Source of the DNA: Patescibacteria group bacterium
GTDB lineage: Bacteria; Patescibacteriota; Minisyncoccia; Phycocordibacterales; Phycocordibacteraceae
DNA: 55,698 nt
Direction: 5' to 3'
Assembly (NCBI GenBank): GCA_038057055.1
Contig: JBBUDY010000017.1
Span: forward strand, 1 to 55,698
The translations under genes and the position numbers were made by a program. Positions 46,761-55,020 of this stretch are shown here, in pieces; positions within the stretch are counted from its first letter, which is position 1; each line of letters starts with the position of its first letter. The notes beneath the pieces were generated by a model that saw only the letters and a list, made by a program, of their open reading frames with translations, was not told the origin of the DNA and made no database searches.

Positions 46761-47315
46761 TCACGAAACGCATTCGTAGGCCAGCTGGTCATTGATTCGC
46801 CAAAGGCCTGTGGACGGTCCGTGCATGCTCATAATGCGGAATTCCATTTTGAGCACATCTTTAAGGAACATCTGGACCAGTGCCTTGATGAACTGGCGTG
46901 TGGCCACTTGACCGATTCCAATTAGCCCGAAGGCATCAGCGGCAACGCCAAGTGAAGGACCCTCGAGCGTCTGGGTTAATTCAGAGCGAGGATGAGACAC
47001 GATAGGGACACAAAGAACAGCAACGTTCCCTGGGAAAATCGCCTCTTCAAATTCGCCAGCCATGTCGCAGTTGGCGATCTTCTCCAACGTGAAATCAGAC
47101 AATGTCACCAATTTCTCGTGCACCAGATGGTCGAGCTCGATTGAGTTGACGAATTTCTGCCAGTTCTCCCCCGTCCATCCGAGGCCCTCATTAAGGGTTC
47201 GATAGATTTCGACCAAGGCTTCTCTGATGGTCAGGAAATAAATTCGAGCCATTACGTTGCGGTAGAAGGTGTCTGGACGTAATTCCGGTTCTTCAACCGT
47301 GGATTGCGTTTTCAT
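46761..47315 (-). CDS. Hypothetical protein (cassette 1 of the eno/dehydrogenase hot spot)
   Basis: 184-aa ORF with no recognisable motif. Confidence 0.4.
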   Translation of the reverse strand: MKTQSTVEEPELRPDTFYRNVMARIYFLTIREALVEIYRTLNEGLGWTGENWQKFVNSIELDHLVHEKLVTLSDFTLEKIANCDMAGEFEEAIFPGNVAVLCVPIVSHPRSELTQTLEGPSLGVAADAFGLIGIGQVATRQFIKALVQMFLKDVLKMEFRIMSMHGPSTGLWRINDQLAYECVS

Positions 47316-47413
47316 GTTCGATATCCTCGTGTAGTTGTGGGGGACAGTGTCGGACGGGGTTTTGATCTGCTCGATACTATATAGACAAAGACAGTGCCTG
47401 TCAAATTCGTGTA

Positions 47414-47505
47414 CTAGAGACTTTTTGCTTCGTGCTTGATGGCAAGGAGGCGCTCGTATTTCTCGAGACGTTCGCGCTGGCCGAGGCCGCCAGCTTTGGT
47501 GCTGT
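47414..47505 (-). pseudogene. Remnant of an enolase 3' end (last ~30 codons plus stop) from a diverged allele
   Basis: Translates to STKAGGLGQRERLEKYERLLAIKHEAKSL*, versus GIKAGGLGQRERLEKYERLLAIEHEAEH* in the real eno at 49427. About 85 percent DNA identity (hand count), mostly at synonymous positions. Confidence 0.8.
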
Positions 47506-47532
47506 ATACTATTTGTCTATCGGAAGCTATCT

Positions 47533-48018
47533 ATGAGTACTGCGTATATTGACGGTGCAAATCTGCACAAAGGAGTTGAGTCTTCAGAATGGAAGCTCGA
47601 TTATCGGAGATTCCGGTCTTGGATTCGTCAGAAGTTCAATACAGGAGACGCTCATCTTTTCATCGGGCTGATGCCAAAACATGCAAGTCTCTATACAGCA
47701 CTGCAAGACGCTGGATATAAACTGGTGTTTAAAGAAATCATATATGACGGAGATGGACACGTAAAAGGAAATTGTGATGCCGATCTGGTGCTCCATGCAG
47801 TACGGGACTATTTCGAGGGAAGAGTTACTTCAGTTGTGCTCGTCTCAAGCGATGGTGACTATGCTCCGCTCGTCAAATTCTGGCTTGAAAAGGGTGTCCA
47901 CTGCACGATTGTCTCACCGGCGCCCATACAAAAGTGCTCAATCCTACTCAAGAGAACTGGTGCACCAATTGTGTACTTGGAGGATGTGAAGCATAAATTG
48001 TGGTATGGTCCAAAATGA
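47533..48018 (+). CDS. NYN/LabA-like (DUF88) nuclease-fold protein
   Basis: AYIDGANL ... DADLVLHAV ... VLVSSDGDYAPLV matches the NYN pattern. Confidence 0.7.
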   Translation: MSTAYIDGANLHKGVESSEWKLDYRRFRSWIRQKFNTGDAHLFIGLMPKHASLYTALQDAGYKLVFKEIIYDGDGHVKGNCDADLVLHAVRDYFEGRVTSVVLVSSDGDYAPLVKFWLEKGVHCTIVSPAPIQKCSILLKRTGAPIVYLEDVKHKLWYGPK

Positions 48019-48131
48019 AAAAGCCCCCAGCATGGACGTATCCGTGCAAGGGTCTTTCTCGTGGTGATTAACTCCATTATACATGTGCAAGGCTGGATTT
48101 CAATGAGGGTGGGGATAGACTATTTCATCCG

Positions 48132-48179
48132 CACAAACTCCTCCTCCCACTCCTCCCTCGCAAAATAATGGATTTTCAT
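48132..48179 (-). pseudogene. Remnant of the 2-hydroxyacid dehydrogenase 5' end (first 16 codons)
   Basis: 46 of 48 nt are identical to 46618-46665, including the start codon. Confidence 0.8.
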
Positions 48180-48207
48180 AGTATGTATTTTACACTGCCC
48201 GCTTTAC

Positions 48208-48609
48208 TTACGCTGATGTCTTTATTGCAATAACCTCTATTTCAATATCACACCCATCTTTTACTGTTTTATTAATTTCTACCAAAGTGCTTACTGGTTT
48301 TGCATTTTTGAGGTATTCATTTCGTATCATTGAGATTTCCTTAAATTTTGACATGTCTGTCACGTAGATGACAACTTTGACCACATCATTAATGGACGCT
48401 CCGCCTTCAGCAAGAATTTTCTTTATATTTTCAAATACATATCTCGTTTGAGTTTGTATGTCGCGAGGTGCAACAGCATTACCGTTTTTATCCATAGCAA
48501 TTTGGCCGGTGACAAAAACAATATTCACATTCCCAATGTCAACTTTAAGACCATGAGAGTATGCACCCATAATCTCGGTGAAATCCTTCGGATTCAGTTG
48601 TGTTTTCAT
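48208..48609 (-). CDS. ridA: RidA/YjgF family reactive-intermediate deaminase
   Basis: GAYSHG...VFVTGQIA...IEVIA matches the RidA pattern. Start set at MKTQLNP. Visibly AT-rich. Confidence 0.8.
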   Translation of the reverse strand: MKTQLNPKDFTEIMGAYSHGLKVDIGNVNIVFVTGQIAMDKNGNAVAPRDIQTQTRYVFENIKKILAEGGASINDVVKVVIYVTDMSKFKEISMIRNEYLKNAKPVSTLVEINKTVKDGCDIEIEVIAIKTSA

Positions 48610-48619
48610 CTTCGAACTA

Positions 48620-48691
48620 TTATATCCCAGCCTCGTACTCGATGGCGAGGAGGCGGTTATATTTTTCGAGGGGCTCATGTTGCCTGAGACC
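48620..48691 (-). pseudogene. Second, more diverged enolase 3'-end remnant (about 23 codons plus stop)
   Basis: Translates to GLRQHEPLEKYNRLLAIEYEAGI*, versus GLGQRERLEKYERLLAIEHEAEH*. Confidence 0.7.
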
Positions 48692-48732
48692 TCTCCTCCC
48701 GATAACCCTTTCTTCCAGCTAGTGTTAATTTC

Positions 48733-48742
48733 TCCTATAGGA
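48733..48742. promoter_or_regulatory. Palindromic box TCCTATAGGA (upstream of ridA, downstream of the regulator gene)
   Basis: Perfect 10-bp palindrome inside a ~30-nt block that recurs at 49350-49380. Confidence 0.45.
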
Positions 48743-48761
48743 CAAATATTAGTGAATTAGA

Positions 48762-49346
48762 TTATGTGGCAAGATGAAAGTGTTTGCGCAGACGACGATC
48801 GGACTCCAATGCCTCGGCTACATAAGAAAGCATTTCTCCAGTACCACTTCTCAAATGTGCTCGTACAAGACTGATGAATTCATCACAAGGGTAGGGATAT
48901 ACCCATACACTGTCTTGAAGCCGCAAAAAGCCAGCACTTGAAAGTAATAACCGCAGTCGGGAGCGAGCTTTTCGGCGTTTTTCTCGGATATCGAACATCA
49001 CAATTCGCCATTTGCCGTCCCAAAAAGCCGGCTCCGGAATGCGGTACTCGCTTGCGTAGATTGTTTCGATTGTGGTATGACCTTTCTTTGTAAGTGTAAC
49101 TTTGCGCAGTCCGCGTTCGCCCGATGTTTTTACCATTCCAGCGCGTTCGAGATTTCGTATTGCTTGTGCGATACGACTATAGAGTTTTTTTCGATTAGCC
49201 GCAGCGCGATCGAGCTTCTTTAAAAGTGAGAGCGTGTTTGGTGCAACAAGCGCAATGCTCATCACGCCACCAATCGCGAGTGTTCGAAGAATGAGATTAC
49301 GCATCGGTAAGTACGCACTTCTTCTTTCAGTCCGTATTTTCTTCAT
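48762..49346 (-). CDS. PaaX-like regulator (wHTH plus Cas2/VapD-like C-terminal domain)
   Basis: N-terminal TM/wHTH region (IAQAIRNLERAGMVK) and C-terminal WRIVMFDIREKRRKARSRLRLLLSSAGFLRLQDSVWVYP. This is a memory-based family call. Confidence 0.5.
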   Translation of the reverse strand: MKKIRTERRSAYLPMRNLILRTLAIGGVMSIALVAPNTLSLLKKLDRAAANRKKLYSRIAQAIRNLERAGMVKTSGERGLRKVTLTKKGHTTIETIYASEYRIPEPAFWDGKWRIVMFDIREKRRKARSRLRLLLSSAGFLRLQDSVWVYPYPCDEFISLVRAHLRSGTGEMLSYVAEALESDRRLRKHFHLAT

Positions 49347-49359
49347 CTGTTAAATTATA

Positions 49360-49369
49360 TCCTATAGGA
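49360..49369. promoter_or_regulatory. Palindromic box TCCTATAGGA, 13 nt upstream of the regulator start codon
   Basis: Identical 10-mer with flanking similarity to the 48724-48750 block. Confidence 0.45.
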
Positions 49370-49426
49370 CAAAAATTAACATATGCGAAAAGTGAATATC
49401 TCGAGAGGATACAGTATTGTTTACGA

Positions 49427-50638
49427 CTAGTGCTCGGCTTCGTGTTCGATGGCGAGGAGACGCTCGTATTTTTCGAGGCGCTCGCGCTGACCGAGGCCGC
49501 CGGCTTTGATACCGTGTGCGCCAATGCCGTACGCGAAGTCGGCAATGAAGGTGTCGTTGGTCTCGCCAGAGCGGTGTGAGGCGATAGCCTGCCAGCCGGC
49601 GGTGTACGTCTCTTGTACCGCCTGGATTGCCTCGCGCACCGTGCCGATCTGATTTGGCTTGACGAGCACAGCGTTTATTTCTTTGTGAGCAGCAGCTTCC
49701 CGAATGCGTGCAGGGTTGGTCACCGTGAGATCGTCACCGACAATCAGTATCTTGTCGCCAAGTGCTGCAGTAAGTTTGGTGAAATAATCAGCTGACTCTT
49801 CATCAAATGGATCTTCAATGCTGTGAATAGGGAACCGTTCGGCAAACTCTCGATAAAGCGCCAAGAGTTCATCGGCTGAATAAGATTTGCCGAGTAGATG
49901 ATACGTACTATCTTTGAAAAACTCGCTTGCCGCAGCATCAATCGCGATTGAAGTACCGGAGAGTTCTTTCACGAGATCAGTCAAAATCTCAAACGGCTGT
50001 TCAAGCGTATCAAAGGTTGGTGCGTAGCCGCCCTCGTCACCCATCGGGACGTTTCCGAGTCGTTCGCCGAGTTTTGCGAATGCTTCTTGTGCAATCGGGA
50101 ATGCCTCACTTGTTTTTCCCTCGACCACGAGTATGTATTCTTGAAAAGGGAGTTTGCTTGTCCCGAGTGAAGTCGAGGGGAAGTCAACGTGGACGCCGCC
50201 GTTCATCACGTTTACATACAATCGCGGTGCCACGGGAGTGGTGCCAGCGCCTGCCTGCGCAGGCAGGCGCTCGGCGATAGCACTCCAGAGCGGCACACTT
50301 TCCCCAAGCGCAAAGAGCCGTTGTGCGGCGATAGAGACCGAGAGGAGAGCGTTCGCGCCCAGGCGCGACTTGTCCGGTGTGCCGTCGAGCTCGATGAGAA
50401 ATGTATCAAGCGCATCTGCCGAATTAAAATCATGTTGCGTAAGTGTGCTCGCTATCTCACCGTTTACATTTTCTACCGCTATACTTGCATCAAGCTCGAG
50501 GGCTTCATGAGTTCCCGTACTTTTCCCCGATGGCGCAGATGCCGTTGTAGAACGTGTTCCAGACGCGAGAGTGACTTCTATCGTCAATCGTCCGCGAGTG
50601 TCTGGAATAGTTCGTGCAACAGCCTTGTCTATGTTCAT
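49427..50638 (-). CDS. eno: Enolase
   Basis: RTIPDTRGRLTIEVTL N-terminus, SHRSGETNDTFIADFA and LVKPNQIGT motifs. Start set at MNIDKAV, 1 nt after the ppsA stop. Confidence 0.93.
   Translation of the reverse strand: MNIDKAVARTIPDTRGRLTIEVTLASGTRSTTASAPSGKSTGTHEALELDASIAVENVNGEIASTLTQHDFNSADALDTFLIELDGTPDKSRLGANALLSVSIAAQRLFALGESVPLWSAIAERLPAQAGAGTTPVAPRLYVNVMNGGVHVDFPSTSLGTSKLPFQEYILVVEGKTSEAFPIAQEAFAKLGERLGNVPMGDEGGYAPTFDTLEQPFEILTDLVKELSGTSIAIDAAASEFFKDSTYHLLGKSYSADELLALYREFAERFPIHSIEDPFDEESADYFTKLTAALGDKILIVGDDLTVTNPARIREAAAHKEINAVLVKPNQIGTVREAIQAVQETYTAGWQAIASHRSGETNDTFIADFAYGIGAHGIKAGGLGQRERLEKYERLLAIEHEAEH
50247..50270. repeat. Perfect 24-nt palindrome GCGCCTGCCTGC|GCAGGCAGGCGC, in-frame inside eno
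   Basis: Read directly in the sequence. It encodes part of the LPAQAGAG segment, which is absent from the canonical enolase LPVPM..N.INGG region. Confidence 0.9.
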
Positions 50639-50639
50639 A

Positions 50640-53060
50640 TCAAGACAACTTCTCTTCAAGTTCGGCGATAGCCTCCAGCGTTTTGACTACCGAATCAGGA
50701 TTGAGCGACATGCTCTCGATACCTTCTTTCACCAAGAATGCGGCGAAGTCGGGGAGGTCAGAAGGCCCCTGGCCGCAGATGCCGAGATATTTCCCGCGTC
50801 GTGTACACGTGCGGATAATCTTGGCTATAAGCGCGCGCACCGACTCGTCATTCTCATTTGCAATATGGGTCACGATACCCGAGTCGCGATCAAGCCCCAG
50901 CGTAAGCTGGGTGAGGTCGTTTGAGCCAATCGACATGCCGTCGAAGAGGTCGAGGAATTCTTCATCGAGAATGATATTCGAAGGGATTTCGCACATCATA
51001 TATACCGGAGTCGCTCTCTTTTTATTGGTTGCGAGTACGCGCGTGGCGAGACCGTTCTTCGCCATAATGCCGAGCACCTGATGCGCTTCTTCTACGGTAC
51101 GGCAGAAGGGAATCATCGGGATGACGTTCGTGAGACCCATGTCCTCACGCACTTTGACCAGTGCGCGACACTCGAGCACGAAGGCGTCTTTAAACTTCGG
51201 GTCATAGTAGCGGCTGGCGCCGCGCCAGCCGAGCATTGGGTTCTCTTCTTTTGGTTCGTACGCTTCACCGCCAAGTAGGGTTACGTATTCGTTGGTCTTG
51301 AAGTCAGAGAAGCGGACGATGACGGGGCGCGGTGAAAATGCAGCCCCAATCTTCGCAATGCCATACGCGAGGTTATCTACATAGAAGTCAACGGGGTCTT
51401 TCCAGCCTGCAGTCTTTGCGGTAATTGCGGCACGCAGTTTTGGCGTGAGTTTTTTAAAATCGAGAATTGCGAGCGGGTGGATACCGATATTGGAGGCGAT
51501 AATGAATTCCTCGCGCGCGAGCCCGACACCTCCCACTGGCAGGAACGAATTTTCAAACGCAATTTCCGGTGACGCAATATTCACCATGATCTTTGTTTTT
51601 GTTTTTGGCAAGGTTCCGAGTTTGTGTTCACGCACGGTAATCTTCGCTTTGCCCTGCGTAACGACTCCAGCACTGCCGGTCGTGTCGACGGTGACGAGCG
51701 TGCCGTTTTTCAAGGCTCGTGTGGCATTCCCCGAGCCAACAATTGCAGGGAGACCGAGTTCGCGTGAGACGATTGCCGCATGAGAGGTGCGCCCGCCCTT
51801 GTCAGTCACAATCGCGCTTGCCATCTTCATAATCGGTTCCCAGTCGGGGTCGGTCATCGTCGTGACGAGCACCTCACCTTTCTTAAATTCTCTAATCTGC
51901 TTCGGATTCATGATGATATGGACGTTGCCTACCGCCACTTTCGAGCCGACCGAGATGCCGCGTACCAACTCCTTTCCTTGCCCCGACACTTTGTATTCAA
52001 TAAGTTTTGAGAAGTCGCGCTCGGCTTGCACGGTCTCTGGCCGTGCTTGCACGAGGAAAAGCTGATTTGTCTTTCCGTCTTTGGCCCACTCCATATCCAT
52101 CGGGGTCCACTTCTTCGCACGCTCTGAATAATGTTTCTCGACCGTAGCACCCCAGGAGGCGAGAGTAATGATTTCTGCATCGGTGAGCACAAAGCGTTTT
52201 GCATCGACCTCTGGAGTGGCAACGACTTTCGTCTGCTGTACCGCGGAGCGTCCGGTCGCATAAATCATCTTCTTTGTATTTATCCCAATCTTTTTCCAAA
52301 TGATTGGCGATTTCACGACACCGATTTTCGACTTCATCACCAGATACTCGTCTGGCGTGATGTGCCCCTGCACAATCATTTCGCCGAGGCCGTAGGTCGC
52401 ATTGACGACCACGACATCACGAAAGCCGCTTTCAGTATCAACCGTGAACATCACTCCCGAAGCGCCAAGGTCAGAGCGGACCATCTTCTGTACTCCCACC
52501 GAGAGTGCAATCTTCATATGGTCAAATCCTCTGTCCGCACGGTAGGAGATAGCGCGGTCGGTGAAGAGAGATGCCATGGTCCAGATAGCCGCGCGCACCA
52601 CATCCTTTTCGCCGCGGATATTGAGATACGTCTCTTGCTCGCCGGCAAATGAGGCTCCCGGCAAGTCTTCAGCGGTTGCGCTTGAACGCACGGCGACATC
52701 GGTGTTCTTGCCGTACTGCTTTTCCATTTGAGCGTATGCTTTCGAGATTTCTTTCTCGAGATCTGTGGGCAGGGGAGTCGCACGCATCTTTTCGCGTATA
52801 AGCTTCGCACACCGTGACAGCTCCTTGAGGTTTCTCGTATTGAGACCTTTGAGCGTTGTCTTGATGAATACATCGAGACCAGTCTTCTTCAAATAATAAT
52901 AGTATGCAGCGGCAGTGACACAGAAGCCCCCCGGCACACGCACGCCCTTCGGCGTGAGGGTCTGAATCATTTCTCCGAGCGAGGCATTCTTGCCGCCCAC
53001 CTGCGCGACATTGTCCATGCCGATGTCTTGCATCCAGAGTATGTGTGCGGGTTTCTTCAT
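50640..53060 (-). CDS. ppsA: Phosphoenolpyruvate synthase (pyruvate, water dikinase)
   Basis: About 800 aa. N-terminal VGGKNASLGEM. Phosphohistidine region TDKGGRTSHAAIVSRELG. C-terminal PEP-utilising domain. Confidence 0.93.
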   Translation of the reverse strand: MKKPAHILWMQDIGMDNVAQVGGKNASLGEMIQTLTPKGVRVPGGFCVTAAAYYYYLKKTGLDVFIKTTLKGLNTRNLKELSRCAKLIREKMRATPLPTDLEKEISKAYAQMEKQYGKNTDVAVRSSATAEDLPGASFAGEQETYLNIRGEKDVVRAAIWTMASLFTDRAISYRADRGFDHMKIALSVGVQKMVRSDLGASGVMFTVDTESGFRDVVVVNATYGLGEMIVQGHITPDEYLVMKSKIGVVKSPIIWKKIGINTKKMIYATGRSAVQQTKVVATPEVDAKRFVLTDAEIITLASWGATVEKHYSERAKKWTPMDMEWAKDGKTNQLFLVQARPETVQAERDFSKLIEYKVSGQGKELVRGISVGSKVAVGNVHIIMNPKQIREFKKGEVLVTTMTDPDWEPIMKMASAIVTDKGGRTSHAAIVSRELGLPAIVGSGNATRALKNGTLVTVDTTGSAGVVTQGKAKITVREHKLGTLPKTKTKIMVNIASPEIAFENSFLPVGGVGLAREEFIIASNIGIHPLAILDFKKLTPKLRAAITAKTAGWKDPVDFYVDNLAYGIAKIGAAFSPRPVIVRFSDFKTNEYVTLLGGEAYEPKEENPMLGWRGASRYYDPKFKDAFVLECRALVKVREDMGLTNVIPMIPFCRTVEEAHQVLGIMAKNGLATRVLATNKKRATPVYMMCEIPSNIILDEEFLDLFDGMSIGSNDLTQLTLGLDRDSGIVTHIANENDESVRALIAKIIRTCTRRGKYLGICGQGPSDLPDFAAFLVKEGIESMSLNPDSVVKTLEAIAELEEKLS

Positions 53061-53066
53061 AGAAAA

Positions 53067-54374
53067 TTATTTTTTAAGCGCGATAATAAGATCAGACACA
53101 TTAGAATCAGTATACCCGGTCACGAGTGCATCACCGACTGTGGTAAAGAAATCAAACGAGCGATGTTCTGCAAGATACTCCTCAATTGAAAGCTGTTGTG
53201 CCGTTGCATGTGCACGGGTCGTTGTATCGGCAATTGCGCCCGCATGGTCAGTGTTGTCGTGACCGTCTGATGCAAAAGGGAGTAAGAGTTCTCCGTCACG
53301 GATATCTGCAAGCGCCGCGAGCGCCATTTCTTGATTCCTTCCCCCTGCCTGCGCAGGCAGGCCTGTGCCAGCATTTTGAGAAAGTGTGACCGTACTCTCT
53401 CCGGCAGAGAGTAGGACAGTATCCGCGCCCATGGCACGCAACTTCTCTACGACGGCACGGCCAATCTCGCGCGCCTCTCCGGAGAAGTGATCGTTCACGA
53501 TTTCAACCGCATAACCGCGTTTCTCTGCGTCTTCTCTCATCGCGTCGAGCGCACTGTGACTGGTGAGGAACAGTACGTTTGCAACGCGCTCGAAATATTT
53601 CTGCTCCTTTGGCGTCTCTATGAATTCAATATTCTTTGAGGCAGCGATGTTGTATTTCTCCAGAACCGCTTTTGCATCAGCAATAGTCGAAGAGTCGAGT
53701 ACGGTCGGTCCAGAAGCGATAGAGCGGACATCGTTACCCGGCACATCAGACACAATGAGTGAGATAACTTCGGCAGGGTATGCAGCCTTTGCGAGTGCGC
53801 CACCGCGCGCCTGCGAAAGGTGTTTGCGCACGGTATTCATCTCTTGTATCGTGGCACCCTTTGTCGTGAGCTCATTCCAGAGCGCGCTTTCGTCGAGGAA
53901 GGTCATGGGAGCAGTAGGGAGGCACAGCAAGGTCGAGCCGCCGCCGGAGATAAGCATGATGACAAGGTCATTCTCGGTTCGATCGGCTAGGAATTCAACA
54001 ATACTCTTAGCCGCTTCTACGTTTGCCTCGCTCGGGAGTGGGTGCGTACCAACAAGCATTTCTATTTTCTTGAGAGAGTGCTCTGTTGAAGGAAATACAT
54101 CGAGTGCCATACCGCCAGTCAGTTTCTCACCAAGGAGTTTCTCAATTTCTTTGGCGGTGGAAAAGGCACATTTGCCGACACCAACGAAGAAGATTTTTCG
54201 CCCCGCGAGGTTGTAAGTTACGTTGTCGACACGCAGCTCCTCGGGACCGAGGACCAGTGTGCGCTTCAAGGCCGCGCCGATATTAATTGCCGCATAGCCC
54301 GCTTCTGCGATCGAGAGAGCATCAGTACGCAGATCATTTACAGCAAGTGCATCAAAATTTTGTATGAGGCCCAT
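53067..54374 (-). CDS. Glycerate 2-kinase / hydroxypyruvate reductase-like (MOFRL family)
   Basis: LISGGGSTLL and SAGESTVTL ... GGRNQEMALA motifs match the MOFRL pattern. Confidence 0.8.
   Translation of the reverse strand: MGLIQNFDALAVNDLRTDALSIAEAGYAAINIGAALKRTLVLGPEELRVDNVTYNLAGRKIFFVGVGKCAFSTAKEIEKLLGEKLTGGMALDVFPSTEHSLKKIEMLVGTHPLPSEANVEAAKSIVEFLADRTENDLVIMLISGGGSTLLCLPTAPMTFLDESALWNELTTKGATIQEMNTVRKHLSQARGGALAKAAYPAEVISLIVSDVPGNDVRSIASGPTVLDSSTIADAKAVLEKYNIAASKNIEFIETPKEQKYFERVANVLFLTSHSALDAMREDAEKRGYAVEIVNDHFSGEAREIGRAVVEKLRAMGADTVLLSAGESTVTLSQNAGTGLPAQAGGRNQEMALAALADIRDGELLLPFASDGHDNTDHAGAIADTTTRAHATAQQLSIEEYLAEHRSFDFFTTVGDALVTGYTDSNVSDLIIALKK
53344..53361. repeat. Perfect 18-nt palindrome CCTGCCTGC|GCAGGCAGG, in-frame inside the glycerate kinase gene
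   Basis: Encodes LPAQAG, inserted immediately before the conserved GGRNQE motif. Confidence 0.9.
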
Positions 54375-54483
54375 GCTCTTAGAGTAACCTAGTATTGCCT
54401 GTTTGCGAAGTTTGTCCTATACTACACATTAGTTGTCAGCGTTCCGCGCTCATGCGGACGCCTTTCATACAACGGAGGTCCAG

Positions 54484-54969
54484 ATGAACCAACTAGGGAA
54501 AGGAAGCACCCTTGTCGTGTACGATCTGTACCTCGACAGGAGAAGTAACTTGGGCATTGCGTTGTCACCCAAACGTCTTCATGCAGAGCTGGAAAGGATT
54601 ATCGGAGAAGTGGGGATGTTTCAGCGCATGGGTCTTCTTGATGTATGGGACAGCGAGGATTATGGGCCTGCGACCTCTTTCCACTCACTAGGTGAGTCGC
54701 ACAGCCGCATGTTCTTCTGTGCTGCCGCCGAATTCAGTCGCGCTGAAACGTGGCCAGGCGAGCAGATTACTCACGTACAGGGAGAAGACCAGCTCTGCAA
54801 CTTCAGTCGTAACAATGAAGATGCCGCCAAGTTGTTCGCCTGCCTTGTGATTGAACTTCTGAAGCCAGTATCTGCGGAAATCCTCGTGATTTACCGCGGG
54901 CCGGGCCAGTCGTTGCGTCCGGCGGGGCCGACAATCATGTGGCGGCGCGGCATGCCGAGACCGTTCTGA
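54484..54969 (+). CDS. Hypothetical protein
   Basis: ORF with a GGAGG RBS 6 nt upstream of MNQLGKG. No recognisable motif. Confidence 0.4.
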   Translation: MNQLGKGSTLVVYDLYLDRRSNLGIALSPKRLHAELERIIGEVGMFQRMGLLDVWDSEDYGPATSFHSLGESHSRMFFCAAAEFSRAETWPGEQITHVQGEDQLCNFSRNNEDAAKLFACLVIELLKPVSAEILVIYRGPGQSLRPAGPTIMWRRGMPRPF

Positions 54970-54984
54970 ACCAGAAGCAAAAAG

Positions 54985-55012
54985 GGGCCCGAGCGATTTT
55001 CGCTCGTGGTCC
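54985..55012. terminator. Stem-loop between convergent genes (bidirectional terminator candidate)
   Basis: CGAGCG-ATTTT-CGCTCG core with flanking GGGCC/GGTCC. An A-run lies upstream and a T-run downstream. Confidence 0.45.
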
Positions 55013-55020
55013 TGTAGTTT

